Positions 10,555 through 22,036 of a stretch of DNA of 64,000 nucleotides are shown one piece after another. This stretch comes from an uncultured Nitrospinota bacterium (GTDB lineage: Bacteria > Tectomicrobia > Entotheonellia > J063 > CAVPRW01), in contig CAVPRW010000031.1 in the NCBI GenBank assembly GCA_963707985.1, forward strand, positions 320,001-384,000. Direction: 5' to 3'. The notes below the pieces were generated by a model, which worked only from the letters and a program-made list of their open reading frames with translations, was not told the origin of the DNA and did not search any database. Made by a program: the position numbers and the translations under genes. The number at the start of each line of letters is the position of its first letter. Position 1 is the stretch's first letter.

Positions 10555-11347
10555 GGCTTAAGTCCCCACTCAGGTAAACAAAATTATGACGCGGTTTGTG
10601 CCGTCCGGCAAATCTCGTGGTCGCTCCATGGTCCCCTCACATTTTTTTCGTCAGGTGTCAGGAATCGCCCTCAGATGGGGTATATATACAAGGGTGTCGA
10701 TCGACTCGGTCTGCGCTGGGGTAGAGTTGCGGTCCCATCACGGGGGAGCGGGACGAAAGCCCTGCCATGAGCCCGTGAGGGGGGAATCAACGTACCACTA
10801 CCCCTGAGCCGCCAGCGCCTGCAGGCGAGAGTGCAACGCCACCAGCGCCGCATGACCTGCTCCATGATCCAGGCCTCAGCCTCCCCTTTGATGTGCCAGT
10901 GGTTCCCCATTGCACCCCCTAGAGCCAACTGCCGCAAATGGACATAACTCCTATTCTGTCAACTTTTTCCGCCCGTAACATATTGATTTTACATATATGA
11001 TCAAACATGATCACTTCTGGGGGGCGCGCCGTCCGGGAATTATGATCTTCGATGCGCTCCATGGCTCATCACTCGACACCTTGGAGACGAAACCTGATCA
11101 ACTGACCCACCTGTCATGACCCAGAATTCATCCGGCCTGAAATCGTTGGCTCTGTTCGTGCCCACAGCCCATGCTGGCCGGCCATGAAGACGCGTGGGCA
11201 GCCCCTGTTCCCGAAGTTGACCGCTGCGTCACTACAGTGATGCAACTAAAGATTCCGGGGTTTTGATGCCACATCGTTGTCACACCTGATTTTTGACACC
11301 TGCCAAGTAGCGGAAAAAATCACATCCCATCGGATTTAGTGGTAGAG

Positions 11348-11664
11348 GGGGTATGAGCCACAGTGGACCGAGAACCTCCGTTAAGAGATCCCGCGCCTTC
11401 CATCTTTCCCCAGAATAGAATGGGCCCTGCGCAGAATTTTGTTACGGCGCAGTTTGCCACGGTTTGGGAGGACTCCAAGCGTACTTTCACGGTGAAAACA
11501 GGGTTGAAGTGCGTGGTCACCCGGCCATCACGCAGTCCTACCAGGAGGCCAGCGGCGTGACTTTGGTGGATCGTCACCTCGTCTCATCGCCAGTTTGGAA
11601 CTCACGAGAAATACAGGTCATAAGAGCTTAACGGAGGTTTTCGGTTGGTTGTGCTTAATACCCC
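11348..11664. mobile_element. Tn3-family MITE or paired ends, 317 bp
   Basis: 38-bp imperfect IRs GGGGTAT...AACCTCCGTTAAG at 11348-11385 and 11627-11664; no matching TSD. Confidence 0.75.
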
Positions 11665-11666
11665 GC

Positions 11667-12558
11667 TTAGCGCATCATCGGCCCTGAGGGCATCCGGCCC
11701 ATCATGCCCGGTCCCATCATGCCGCCGCCCATCATGCGCGCCATGTGCACCACCATCCAGCCCTGCGGCTCCTCTCCCAAGGCACGCGTCGGGGACAGCA
11801 GGTGCACGGGCGGCACCAGGGTCTCGAGATAATACACCAGGGCCCAGATCTCTTGGCTATCCAGCGAGTCCCCATAGGACGGCATCGGGGTGCCGGAGAG
11901 CCCCGTGGCGATGGTGAGGTAGATCCCATCCAGGGTGGAGCCACGCTTGAGCGGCCGCCATGTCAGATCGCTCGGCCACGTCGGCCAGCCCCAGTCGTCC
12001 TTCAATCCCAGAGCCGAGGGGCCATCCCCGCGGCCCCGCTCTCCGTGGCACTCAGCACACCCGGCGTCGTGGTAGAGACGGCGGCCCTGCTCGAGCAGGG
12101 CTTGGTCCTTCGGCGGAGGCGGCGGCACGGTCACCGGCGCTGCCGTTCGCTCGGCGGCGAAGCGTGGCGAGAACGTCTTCAGGTAATGCACGACCGCACG
12201 CCGGTCGGCCTCTGAGAGGTCCGGCCGGCCCACCATGCCAGTCCACCGGACGCCATGGGTGACCGTGCGTAGCAGGTCGTCATCGGTGGGCAGTGAACCG
12301 GACGGGGTGGAGCGGAACTTGAAGAGACCGGGGCGGAAATCTCGCGGTCGGACGCGCAACATGTGGGCGGCCACGCCATTGCCGTCACCGTTGATGCCGT
12401 GGCAGATGGCGCATTGGCCTCGTACACCTCGCCCCCCCGCCGCAACACTGCCGGCGAGGCCGGGGCGCGTTCCTGCGCACTGGTCGAGCGGATCGGATCC
12501 CCAAGCCGTATCCCCACCACACCAGGAACAGCACTAGGACTGCAAAGACTCTCCTCAT
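11667..12558 (-). CDS. Diheme cytochrome c with Met-rich C-terminus (N-terminal frameshifts)
   Basis: Signal-like MRRVFAVLVLFLV from 12558; CAICH near 12400 after a frameshift; CAECH; GTPMPSY axial Met; tail MMGGGMMGPGMMGRMPSGPMMR. Confidence 0.8.
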
Positions 12559-12694
12559 GCGTAGGCCTTCTTGCATTAAGGCCTCCCCCCTTCCGGCTGA
12601 TGAGCGAATCCTCACCACCAAGATGCGATCCTTCCAATCTCCCCCGGCCCCTGAAATCGCACGTCACGGGGGTCTGGGGGGAGGTCCCGTTTCC

Positions 12695-13237
12695 TTAGCG
12701 CATCATCATAGGACCGCCGGACGGCATCACGTTCCCCCATGGGTTGATGTGGAGGAGGCGACTTTCACCTTGCGAGCCCTTCAGCTCCGCCTGATACATC
12801 GTCATGTTCCCCCACGTAAAGGGGAGTACGTGCTCGACCTTGAACCCCTTCAGGTAGTTGTCTGTATACTGCTGGGCCAGCTCCTTAGCCCGCTCCTCCG
12901 TGATCGTCGGCTCGGCTATCCCAGGGCCCATGCCCATCATGCCCGGTCCCATCATGCCGGGCCCCATCATGCCCGGCCCCATACCCCAGCCCATCCCGGG
13001 GCCCATCATACCCGGCCCCATACCCCAACCCCAGCCCATGCCAGGACCCATCATACCCGGCCCCATACCCCAACCCCAGCCCATGCCAGGGCCCATCATA
13101 CCCGGCCCCATGCCCCAACCCCAGCCCATGCCAGGGCCCATCCCCATGGGTCCGCCCGGGGTCATCTGCGCGAGGGCCGTGCCACCCAGCACAGCCAGCA
13201 TGACTGCGGTCACCGCTACACTGATCAGTCGCTTCAT
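12695..13237 (-). CDS. Secreted Met/Gly/Trp-rich repeat protein (putative Cu/Ag-binding), small C-terminal domain
   Basis: RBS-preceded ATG at 13237; signal peptide MKRLISVAVTAVMLAVLGGTALA; repeats GPGMGWGWGMGPGMM. Confidence 0.75.
   Translation of the reverse strand: MKRLISVAVTAVMLAVLGGTALAQMTPGGPMGMGPGMGWGWGMGPGMMGPGMGWGWGMGPGMMGPGMGWGWGMGPGMMGPGMGWGMGPGMMGPGMMGPGMMGMGPGIAEPTITEERAKELAQQYTDNYLKGFKVEHVLPFTWGNMTMYQAELKGSQGESRLLHINPWGNVMPSGGPMMMR
12925..13150. repeat. Coding tandem repeat: 45-bp units plus 15-bp subunits
   Basis: GGCCCCATACCCCAACCCCAGCCCATGCCAGG.CCCATCATACCC about three times, plus CCCATCATGCCCGG units. Confidence 0.9.
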
Positions 13238-14405
13238 CGCCTCTCCCCCCTGCTCCTTCATTCTGACGTTTCGCCCCGCATGCAACACCCCATCGGCACA
13301 CGAACAAGCGGCGGCACAAAGGTATGCACTCACCGCTTCTGGGCTACCTGCACGTCACCACTCTGCCTCACCGAAAGTCCCGCACTCATGAGAGGTATGG
13401 GACTATTTGTCCCTCTATGGGGTAGGATATCCCATTTTAGGCACCTCAGGGCCGGTCGCTTGGAGCCAGACGATGTCGGTCACGACCTGGTGAGCGCCAT
13501 CATCGTGGTCCCTCCATTCCTCTCCAAGTCGCCGTCATGCGGCCACGGATCCCATTGCTGAAATCGTGCAGCATACCCCATGCCAGCGAGCAGGATGGCC
13601 TTCCGATACGGGGTAAAACCACCCGTGATGTTGAGGGCCATCTCCGGACTGGCGATAGCGATGCCAATCATGGCATCGCCGGCGGCCGCTCCCCCATTGC
13701 CGATGTCACTTCTTGAGCGACTCGGCCAAGCGCTCCGAGCCTCCATGAGCGGCCCAGACGGCCGCGACGAGGACGAGACCCCACAGCCAAGCGCCTCCTC
13801 TCTCAGTCAATCACGCCGCTCACCTGTGGGATTGGCGTTCTCATCCGGCTCTGTCAGGCATATACTCTACCCATCACGGGCGTTCGAGGGATTCCACCAC
13901 GAGACCCCATTGGAGGTGAGTTCCTCCTCCTGTGAATGCACGCGGTCTCGGCTATCATCGCCCCACCATCCAGAGGCGACCGCCAGGGCGATCAGGAAAC
14001 CGAAGACGATGAGGTTTTCCATCGCGGCCCTCGTCTGTCCAGCCGATCGACCGTGATCCAGGTGCGCTGCCGTGTTGCCCATCGCTGACGCCCGTCACCG
14101 TCCATCTCGCGGCGCAGCCCCCGCCAGTGGTGGGCATCGCCATTCCTAGATGCTTGCCGGGCCGACTCTCACGCGGCCACACCGAGGCTGAGCACGGACA
14201 GCCCGACCGTCGCGAGCGTGCGGAGCGGCGTTGCCTTGGGCGTCGTTCAACCGCTGCAGATGCTCGTATGCTGGGGTATCGATTCGCAAGGGTGCCAGGC
14301 CCGGAATCCACCGGCCGATCCTGGAAATGATCCTGCTTGAGCTTCATCTTGTGAAACGTTAATCGCATACTCGCGCATATATACTATTATCACACATCCC
14401 AACGA

Positions 14406-14686
14406 GGACCTACAGGAGGGAAGCTGCGATACGACCTAATAAGCCCCGCTGAGCCCTGTGATGATTTCCGTTTGACTATTCTATACTGGCAGTTCTGCGT
14501 TAGAATGACCCGCCCTTCAGTCGATAGACCCCCGATCGGAGGCTAAAAGTACCGGTTCTCTGGTTTGTGGGAAATTTGCCCTGAGGATGAGACGAAGCAG
14601 CGAACGCACATATCAGTGGAATAACGCTTACTTTTCAATGAGATAAAGCTTATTAGGTATTACCGCAGCTTCCCTCCCATAGGTCC
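14406..14686. mobile_element. Tn3-like MITE, 281 bp
   Basis: 38-bp imperfect IRs GGACCTA..GGAGGGAAGCTGCG.TA..ACCTAATAAG at 14406-14443 and 14649-14686; AT-rich interior; no TSD seen. Confidence 0.7.
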
Positions 14687-14799
14687 ATCTCAGGATGTTG
14701 ATAGTCACAGGCACCTTTGGCCGCTCGCGCGGTCCGGATTTGTGGTATAGTCAGAGCATGTGAGAACTCTTTCACCCCTCTTTAGAGAGCGGCGAAACG

Positions 14800-15066
14800 A
14801 TGGACCTCGCGAAGCGGCGTTGGGTCGCCGGGATAGTTGTCATACTCTGGGTCCTCTTGGGGCCTGTGGGCATGGCTCTTAGCGCCTGTGCGGTCATGGG
14901 AGGCTGCGGAGGGGCATGCACGCTCACCTCCTGTCTTGCGCCAGGTGTGCCCACCGTCGCCCTCTTGGCCATCGGGTCTGTGCCGATAGCACCTCTGAAA
15001 CACCCTTTTATGACCCTGCTTAAGGTCCCCAAACCACCTCCAAGGTCTCTTCCCGTAAGCGTCTAG
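14800..15066 (+). CDS. Small Cys-rich membrane protein upstream of the metal efflux operon
   Basis: TM helix followed by CAVMGGCGGACTLTSC and a Pro-rich tail (PKPPPR), a pattern common ahead of metal RND operons. Confidence 0.55.
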   Translation: MDLAKRRWVAGIVVILWVLLGPVGMALSACAVMGGCGGACTLTSCLAPGVPTVALLAIGSVPIAPLKHPFMTLLKVPKPPPRSLPVSV

Positions 15067-15358
15067 TCTCCTCGGCATTCTCTCTTATCGTTGGCCACAG
15101 GCTGATTCCACGAGGCATGGGGCCGTGTGTCCTCATCTCAAGGGAATCGTCTGTCGGGGCCTACTCCGCCTGGTTCTCAAACGTTCGCCTGGGGTGAACA
15201 TTTGAGATGAGGAAAGCCGGAGGCTCTTGAGGACCGCTTCTGGATGAGCTTTTCCCGCGGGAGCATCGGCGAACGTCTAGGCACCTGGTCAAGACGCTTG
15301 CCGTCGTTCGGCGCGTCCCAGGGCGGAAAAGGGCGTCGGAGAGGTGTGGAGCACAGGC

Positions 15359-18300
15359 ATGGTTTACTGGCTCATTGAGGTGTCGCTGCGCAACCGCTTT
15401 CTCATTATCGCAGGCTTTCTGCTTTAGGGGGCTGGGGCTATTGGGCGCTGCTGACGACCCCGATTGACGCCATCCCCGATCTGTCGGACAACCAGGTGAT
15501 CGTCTTCACCGACTGGCCGGGCCGCTCACCCCAGGAGGTCGAAGACCAGATCACCTACCCGCTGACGGTCAGTCTGCAGGGGTTACCGGGCGTGCGGGTG
15601 GTGCGCTCGTCCTCGGCCTTTGGCTTCTCGATGATCAACGTCATCTTCGAGGACGCCGTGGACCTCTACTTCGCTCGCACCCGGGTCCTGGAACGGCTCA
15701 ACCTGCTGGTCAAGTCGCTGCCGCCGGAGGTGGTGCCGACCCTCGGCCCGGATGCCACGGGGGTGGGGCACGTCTTCTGGTATACCGTGGAGGGGAAGGG
15801 ATACGCGCTGCGGGATCTGCGGTCGCTCCAGGACTGGTTCATCCGCTATCAGCTCAATGCCGTGCCGGGCGTCGCCGAGGTGGCCAGTGTCGGGGGGACC
15901 GTCCGGCAGTATCAGATCGATGTGGACCCCAATCGGCTACGCGCCTTCCGCATCCCGCTCTCCGCCGTCGTGGAGGCGGTGATGCGGAGCAATCGCAACG
16001 TCGGCGGCAACGTCGTCGAGGCCAACGGCACCTGGTCGGTGGTGCGCGGTCTGGGCCTCATTGAGCGCGTCAGCGACATCGAGCAGATTGTGATCGGCGC
16101 GGAGAACGGAGTCCCGATCTTCCTCCGCCAGGTCGCCGAGGTGAAGATCGGCGACGCCTTCCGGGCCAATGCCCTCGTCAAAGGGACGGACGAAGCGGTG
16201 GGTGGCGTCGTGGTCGCCCGCTATGGCGTGAGCACGGTCGACGTCATTCACCGGGTCAAGGAGAAAATCGCGGCCGTCGCAGGCCGGGCTCCCGCCCGGG
16301 CGTGGCGATCGTGCCGTTCTACGACCGCTCGGAGCTCATCGCCCGGGCGGTCGACACGCTCAAGCGGGCGCTGATCGAGGAAATCGTCATCGTCACGCTG
16401 ATGCACATCGTGTTTTTGCTGCATCTACGCTCGGTGTTGATTGTGACGCTGCCGCTGCCCCTGGCCGTCCTGGCGGCCTTTCTCGGCATGCGCTACCTGG
16501 GGATCAGCGCCAATCTGATGTCCCTGGCCGGGATCGCCATCGCCATCGGCGTCCTGGTGGATGCGGCCATCGTGGTGACCGAGAATGCCTTCCGCTTCAT
16601 CGAGATCCGCGGGGTTGACCCGCGCAATCGCCGGCTCGTCGCCGCAACCGTGCGTGATGCGACCCGCCTGGTTGGACGGCCGATCTTTTTCTCGATGGCC
16701 ATTATCATTCTGGCCTTCATCCCGGTCTTTGCCCTCACCGGCCAGGAGGGCAAGCTCTTCCATCCCCTCGCCTTCACCAAGACCTTCGCCGTGACCGGGG
16801 CGACCATGCCTCTCCGTGACGCTCGTGCCCGTCCTCTGCACGCTCCTCCTGGGCGGCAAGATGCACGGGGAGGGCGACAATCCGGTGCTCCGGCCGCTCA
16901 TCTGGGTCTATCGCCCCCTGCTGCGCTGGGCCCTCCGGCACCGCCTCGTGACGGTCGGGATGGCGGTCCTGGTGTTCGCGGGGGCCGTCTCGTTGATCCC
17001 GCGCCTCGGCCGGGAGTTCATGCCGCCCCTCAATGAGGGCGATTTGATGTTCATGCCGGTCACCGACCCGGCCATCTCGCTCTCGCAGGCCATCGAGATT
17101 ATCAAGAAGCAGAACGACGCCATCCAACGGTTCCCTGAAGTGGCCGTGGTCGTGGCCAAGATCGCCCGCGCCGAAACCTCCACCGATCCCGCACCGGTGA
17201 ATATGACCGAGACCATCGTGCACCTCAAACCGGCGTCCGCCTGGCGGCCCGGGATGACACGGGAGAAGCTCATCGGGGAGTTGGACGCCGCCACCACCCT
17301 CCCCGGCGTGGCGAACATCTGGACCCAGCCCATCATCAATCGCATCAACATGCTCACCACCGGCATTCGCTCCGAGGTTGGGGTGAAGGTCTTTGGCGAG
17401 CGACCTGAAGGTCCTGGAGGAGCGGGCGCGCGCGGTCGCCCAAGTGCTGCAGGGCATCCCGGGCGCGGTGGACGTCTATCCCGAGCAGGTGACTGGAGCC
17501 CCCTACCTGGACATTCGTGTCGACCGCGCGGCGGCGGCGCGCTATGGCATCACGGTCGGCGCCATCCAGGACGTCATCGAAACGGCCGTGGGGGAGACCA
17601 ACCAGACGCTGACCATCGAAGGGCGCCAGCGCTTCCCCGTGCGCGTGCGCTATGCGCCGCAATACCGCTCCAGTCCCGAGGCGCTGGCCAGCGTGCTCGT
17701 AGCGGCCCCCAACGGTACGTCGGTGCCCTTGGGGCAACTGGCGGAGATCCGGCCGGTGAGCGGTCCGGCCATGATCGGGAGTGAGAACGGGCTCCTGGTC
17801 GTCAGCGTCCTCCTGAACGTCCGCGGGCGCGACGTCGGGAGCTTCGTGGAGGAAGCCCGGAAGATCGTCGCCGAGACGGTCGAGCTCCCACCGGGGTCCT
17901 ATCTCGAGTGGAGTGGCCAGTACGAGAACGAGGTCCGCGCCCGGCGCCGGCTCCGGATCGTCATCCCCGTGGTCCTGGCGATCATCTACCTGCTGCTGTA
18001 TCGTGACTTACCACTCACTCCTCGAGGCGGCGCACGTCCTCCTGGCTGTGCCCTTTGCGCTCTCCGGCGGCATCTATTTGCTGTACGCCATGGGGTACAA
18101 CATCTCGGTGGCCGTCTGGGTGGGCTTCATCGCCCTGTTTGGGACGGCCGTGCAGACCGCCGTAGTGATGGTGATCTATCTCGAAGAAGCCGTGGCGCGC
18201 AAGCGCGCCGAGCACGAGGGCGTGCTCACACGCGAAGGGCTCCTGGAGGCGGTGACGGAGGGGGCGCTCCTCCGGCTGCGGCCGAAGGTGATGACGGTCT

Positions 18301-18536
18301 CAGCCGTCGTCGCGAGCCTGCTGCCGATCATGTGGAGCCACTCCGCCGGTTCCGAGGTCATGAAACCCCTGGCGACACCGGTCCTGGGCGGCATGGTCAG
18401 TTCGCTCGCGCACGTGCTGCTGGTGACGCCGGTCATCTTCTTCTGGCTTCGGGAGCGGCAGCTCCGGCGGGAGCCGGCGAAGGTGCAGAGTGAGGTGATG
18501 CCCATCGAGGCGCAGGCAGGAGAGGAAAAGGCGTAA
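15359..18536 (+). CDS. cusA: CusA/CzcA heavy-metal RND efflux permease, about five frameshifts
   Basis: [69 protein letters not shown]. Frame changes near 15425, 16278, 16810, 17395 and 18003. Confidence 0.9.
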
Positions 18537-18567
18537 TCATGCACAGCAAAAACCGGAGGGAGATCAG

Positions 18568-18984
18568 ATGACACGTGTGCTGAGCCGTGTGGTGATGGGA
18601 CTCTTGCTGAGTACCTTCGTGCTCTTCGTCCCGGCCTGGAGCGCGGAGCTGAAGGTCATCCAAACGCAGAAGGCGAAGGACGTGGTGATCACGCTCCTGA
18701 GTGAATCCGGGCAGTGGACCCAGGGGAAGAACAGCTTCGTCCTGGCGTTTACCTCGGCGAACACCCAAGAGCCGGTGGATGTCGGGAAGGTCACTCTCAG
18801 CACCAGCATGCCGATGCCCGGCATGTCGCCGATGATCGCCGGGGCCACGCTTGCCCCCGAGAACGCCCCCGGCCGTTACCAGGGGACGATCAGTTTTCCG
18901 GATAGCGGCACCAGGCAGGTGACCATCACCTGGGATGGGCCGGCCGGGAAAGGCTCCACCCGGCTCTCGGTTCCCGTACGCTAG
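18568..18984 (+). CDS. FixH/YtkA-like periplasmic protein
   Basis: Signal peptide; SMPMPGMSPM metal-binding Met cluster; PGRYQGTISF; located in the cus-like operon. Confidence 0.75.
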   Translation: MTRVLSRVVMGLLLSTFVLFVPAWSAELKVIQTQKAKDVVITLLSESGQWTQGKNSFVLAFTSANTQEPVDVGKVTLSTSMPMPGMSPMIAGATLAPENAPGRYQGTISFPDSGTRQVTITWDGPAGKGSTRLSVPVR

Positions 18985-18994
18985 GAGGGTCCGC

Positions 18995-20287
18995 ATGCAA
19001 GGGCATAGAGTGCTCGTCCTGGTCCTCCTCCTAGGCATGGCACGAGTTCAACTCAGCGTGGCTGAAGGGCAGGCGAGCCCTGGAGCCTTGACGGTGGATG
19101 CCGTGGTGACGCAGGCCCTCTCGGAGAACCCGGAGCTCAAAGCCGCCAGAGCCGAGGTCGAAGCCGCTCGTGGGCGGCTCCTGCAGGCGGGGCTCCGCCC
19201 GAACCCCCTGCTGGACGTCAGCGCCCAGCAGAATGTCACGGGTCCAGACAATAACCTCACCGTGGGGGTAACGCTGCCTTTGGACCTCAATGGCCGAAAA
19301 GCCAGGCGCGTCAATGTGGCTGAGGGCGAGCTTGCCATGAAGGAGGCCCAGGTAAGCAACCGGGCGCGGGAGCTGAGCTCCGAGGTGCGCATGAAGGCTG
19401 GAGAGGTCCTCGCCGCGCGGCGAAACCTCCGCATCACGGAGGAGCTCCTCGCGATCAACCGCGAAGCCCTTGGACTTGCCACTCAGCGCGTGCGTCGGGG
19501 AGCGATTCCAGCCCTTGACGAGAACCTCGAGCGTGTCGAAGTCAACCGCCTCGATGCCAGCCGAGAGACCTTGGCGAGCCGGGTAGAGGTCTTGACGCTT
19601 GGGCTCAAAATGCTCGTGGGACTTGCACCGGAGGCCCCATTAGCGCTGAAGGGAGATCTGAGTGTGCCTGTTCTCACGCGCAGGCGCGAGGAAGCGCTCC
19701 AAGAGGCGCTTTCGCTCCGACCGGATCTCCTGGCCACCAGAGCCGAGGCGGCCATGGCCCAGGCGAAGGTGCGAAAAGAAGAGGCCGAGGGGCGCTGGGA
19801 CGCCAGTGTGAATGTGGGCTACATGCGGCAGAACTTTGGCTTTGATCTCAACGGCCTGAGCCAGCGCGGCGAGCCCCGACCGATTACCGACATCTTTCAC
19901 TACGTGGGCGGCGGGGTGACGGTCACGCTCCCGGTGAGAAACCGCAACCAAGGCAATGTCGCGGCGGCCTTGGCGGAGACACAGGCCGCGTCGCGCCGTG
20001 AGGAGTTCGCGGTGCTCGGCGTCCGCCAGGAGGTGCAAGCGGCGTTTGTGTCGTATGCGGCGGCCACGCGCGCGCGTGAGACGTATGCCCACGGGGTGCG
20101 GGACCTTGCCCGCGAGAACCTCGAGGTCATCCGCAAGGCCTATCAGCTCGGGCGCACCTCGCTCCTGGAGGTCATCACTGAGCAGCGGCGCTACATCGAC
20201 ATTGAAATGGGCTATACCGACGCCTTACAGCACGCCTATAACGCCGTGGTCGAGCTTGAGCGTGCGGTGGGTACGAGGTCCTGGTGA
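18995..20287 (+). CDS. TolC/CzcC family outer-membrane efflux protein
   Basis: ALSENPELKAARAEVEAARG...AGLRPNP, LPVRNRNQGNV, AYQLGRTSLLEV. Confidence 0.9.
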   Translation: MQGHRVLVLVLLLGMARVQLSVAEGQASPGALTVDAVVTQALSENPELKAARAEVEAARGRLLQAGLRPNPLLDVSAQQNVTGPDNNLTVGVTLPLDLNGRKARRVNVAEGELAMKEAQVSNRARELSSEVRMKAGEVLAARRNLRITEELLAINREALGLATQRVRRGAIPALDENLERVEVNRLDASRETLASRVEVLTLGLKMLVGLAPEAPLALKGDLSVPVLTRRREEALQEALSLRPDLLATRAEAAMAQAKVRKEEAEGRWDASVNVGYMRQNFGFDLNGLSQRGEPRPITDIFHYVGGGVTVTLPVRNRNQGNVAAALAETQAASRREEFAVLGVRQEVQAAFVSYAAATRARETYAHGVRDLARENLEVIRKAYQLGRTSLLEVITEQRRYIDIEMGYTDALQHAYNAVVELERAVGTRSW

Positions 20288-20300
20288 GGCGAGGAGAGAG

Positions 20301-21611
20301 ATGAGCGTCCATGACACACCGAGCAGCACCCCCCCACGACGGCGTTCGTGGTCCGGCACTGTCGGGCGCGGGGTCTTCAGAGGATGCCTCGCCCTCGGCC
20401 TCATGGCGCTCGGGGCGCTTGGGGCGGCCCTGGTGCTTCGGGTAGAGCGGCGTGGCCCTCCGCATCCGGCCGGCGCGCTCTCACGGCCGACGGCGGGTGA
20501 GGCGCCCGCGATGTCGGCGCCAAATGTTGCGCCCACGACCGAGCCGGCCGGTGACGTCGAAGTCATTCTCACGCCCGAGGCCGTGGCGCAAGCCGGCATC
20601 AAAACGGCGGAGGTGACCCTGGTTGACGCGAGCGCATCGGTCCAGGTGCCGGGGACGGTCATGGCCAACGCTTACCGGGAGGTAAAGGTCTTCCCGATTG
20701 TCGCGGGTATTCTCACCAAGGTGCACGTGGAGCTCGGCATGAGCGTCAGGCGTGGGGTGGCGCTGGCCACGCTCTTTAGTGTGGAGCTCGCCGAGGCCCA
20801 AACCAAATATCTCTCAGCACAGGCCATGGTCGAGGCCGATCACCAGAAGCTCGAACGCACGAAGCAACTCGTCGAGATCGGGGCTGCCAGCCGCCAAGAG
20901 CTTGAAGAAGCCACCGCAGTCCATACGAGCCACGCCACCGAAGCCGAAGCCGCCCGTGAGCGGCTTGTCCTCTTGGGCCTGACTCGCAAGCAGGTGGGGG
21001 CACTCAAGAGTGCGAGCCAGGTGATTTCAACCGTGGTCGTGCCCGCACCGCTTGATGGGGTCATCCTCGAGCGTGCGGCAAACCCTGGCCAAGTCGTGGG
21101 CATGGGAGAGGCACTCTTTGTCGTCACGGACCTCTCGGAGGTCTGGGCCGTGGGGGACCTCTACGAGCAGGATTTTCCGCACGTCCGCGTCGGGTCTGAG
21201 GCCACGCTCACGACGCTTGCCTATCCCGACCTCACACTTCAGGGCCGTGTGACCTACATCGACCCGCGGGTGGATCCGCAGGCGCGCACCGCGAAGGTTC
21301 GGGTGGAGGTCGCTAACCCCGAGGGGCGCCTCCGGCTCGGGATGTATGTGACGCTGACGTATAGTACCGCAAGCGGGGAGCGCGTGGTGGCGGTCCCGCG
21401 CGCCGCCGTGCAGACCATGGCGGGCCATCAGGTGGTCTTCGTCGTGGCGCCGGACGAGGAGGGAAGATTTCTCCAGCGCGCGGTCGAGCTTGGCCCGCCC
21501 GTCGGGGAATTCTATCCCGTGCGCCAGGGGCTGCAACCGGGAGAGGTGGTCGTCACCGAAGGGAGTTTTTTCCTGCGGGCGGAGAGCCTGCGCAATGCTC
21601 CGGCGGGCTAG
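20301..21611 (+). CDS. RND efflux periplasmic adaptor (CusB/CzcB family)
   Basis: TM anchor, lipoyl-like VVPAPLDGVI, DLSEVWAVGDLYE, IDPRVDPQARTAKVR, GLQPGEVVVTEGSF. Confidence 0.9.
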   Translation: MSVHDTPSSTPPRRRSWSGTVGRGVFRGCLALGLMALGALGAALVLRVERRGPPHPAGALSRPTAGEAPAMSAPNVAPTTEPAGDVEVILTPEAVAQAGIKTAEVTLVDASASVQVPGTVMANAYREVKVFPIVAGILTKVHVELGMSVRRGVALATLFSVELAEAQTKYLSAQAMVEADHQKLERTKQLVEIGAASRQELEEATAVHTSHATEAEAARERLVLLGLTRKQVGALKSASQVISTVVVPAPLDGVILERAANPGQVVGMGEALFVVTDLSEVWAVGDLYEQDFPHVRVGSEATLTTLAYPDLTLQGRVTYIDPRVDPQARTAKVRVEVANPEGRLRLGMYVTLTYSTASGERVVAVPRAAVQTMAGHQVVFVVAPDEEGRFLQRAVELGPPVGEFYPVRQGLQPGEVVVTEGSFFLRAESLRNAPAG

Positions 21612-21642
21612 CCGGGGGTCTCCAAAGAAGAAGAAAGGAGGT

Positions 21643-21915
21643 TTGACGACGAAGCGAGTGATGACACTTGGGGCAGGGCTTCTCGTGTTGGCTCTCATCG
21701 GAGCTCCACTTGTCATAGCCGGGCAGATGCCGATGGGTGGCCAGGGCAGAGAGCCGGAGCAGCCTGCTGGCCAGCAGCCCATGATGGGCCGAGGCATGAC
21801 GGGCATGATGGGTGGTGGAGAGATAGATCCTAAGGCCATGGCCCGGATGCTCGAATTCCGCGGGGATCTGCTGAACAATGCTCGCCACGACCTCCTGGGT
21901 CTTCGTCACTTTTGA
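21643..21915 (+). pseudogene. Truncated secreted Met-rich protein
   Basis: RBS AAAGGAGG, TTG start, signal peptide, PMMGRGMTGMMGGG; sequence ends where the repeat element at about 21893 begins. Confidence 0.55.
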
Positions 21916-22036
21916 TACTGATGGCGAAGCCAGGTTCGCAGGAACTTATTGCACTAACAAACCTGCTTTTCAAGCTCGTGCCGAACGTAGATCGTATGTA
22001 TTTCAGACTTCGCCATCAGTATCACTTTTGGTGACA
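21914..22036. mobile_element. Small IR element or transposon end (GATACTGATGGCGAAG)
   Basis: 16-bp IR at 21914-21929 and 22008-22023 flanked by ACTTTT on both sides; extends to ...CACTTTTGGTGACA at 22036. Confidence 0.7.

Noticed and set aside
11278..11300. TGTCAC...TGACA as partner end for the 22036 terminus
   Set aside because: Only 6 bp match and no shared TSD.
12925..13150. Tandem repeats as a possible CRISPR array
   Set aside because: Units are contiguous, in-frame and coding, with no unique spacers and no cas genes.
13405..13430. CsoR/RicR-like box (CCCTCTATGGGGTA; similar at 10668-10684)
   Set aside because: Only half-site quality and no csoR in the window; too weak to call.
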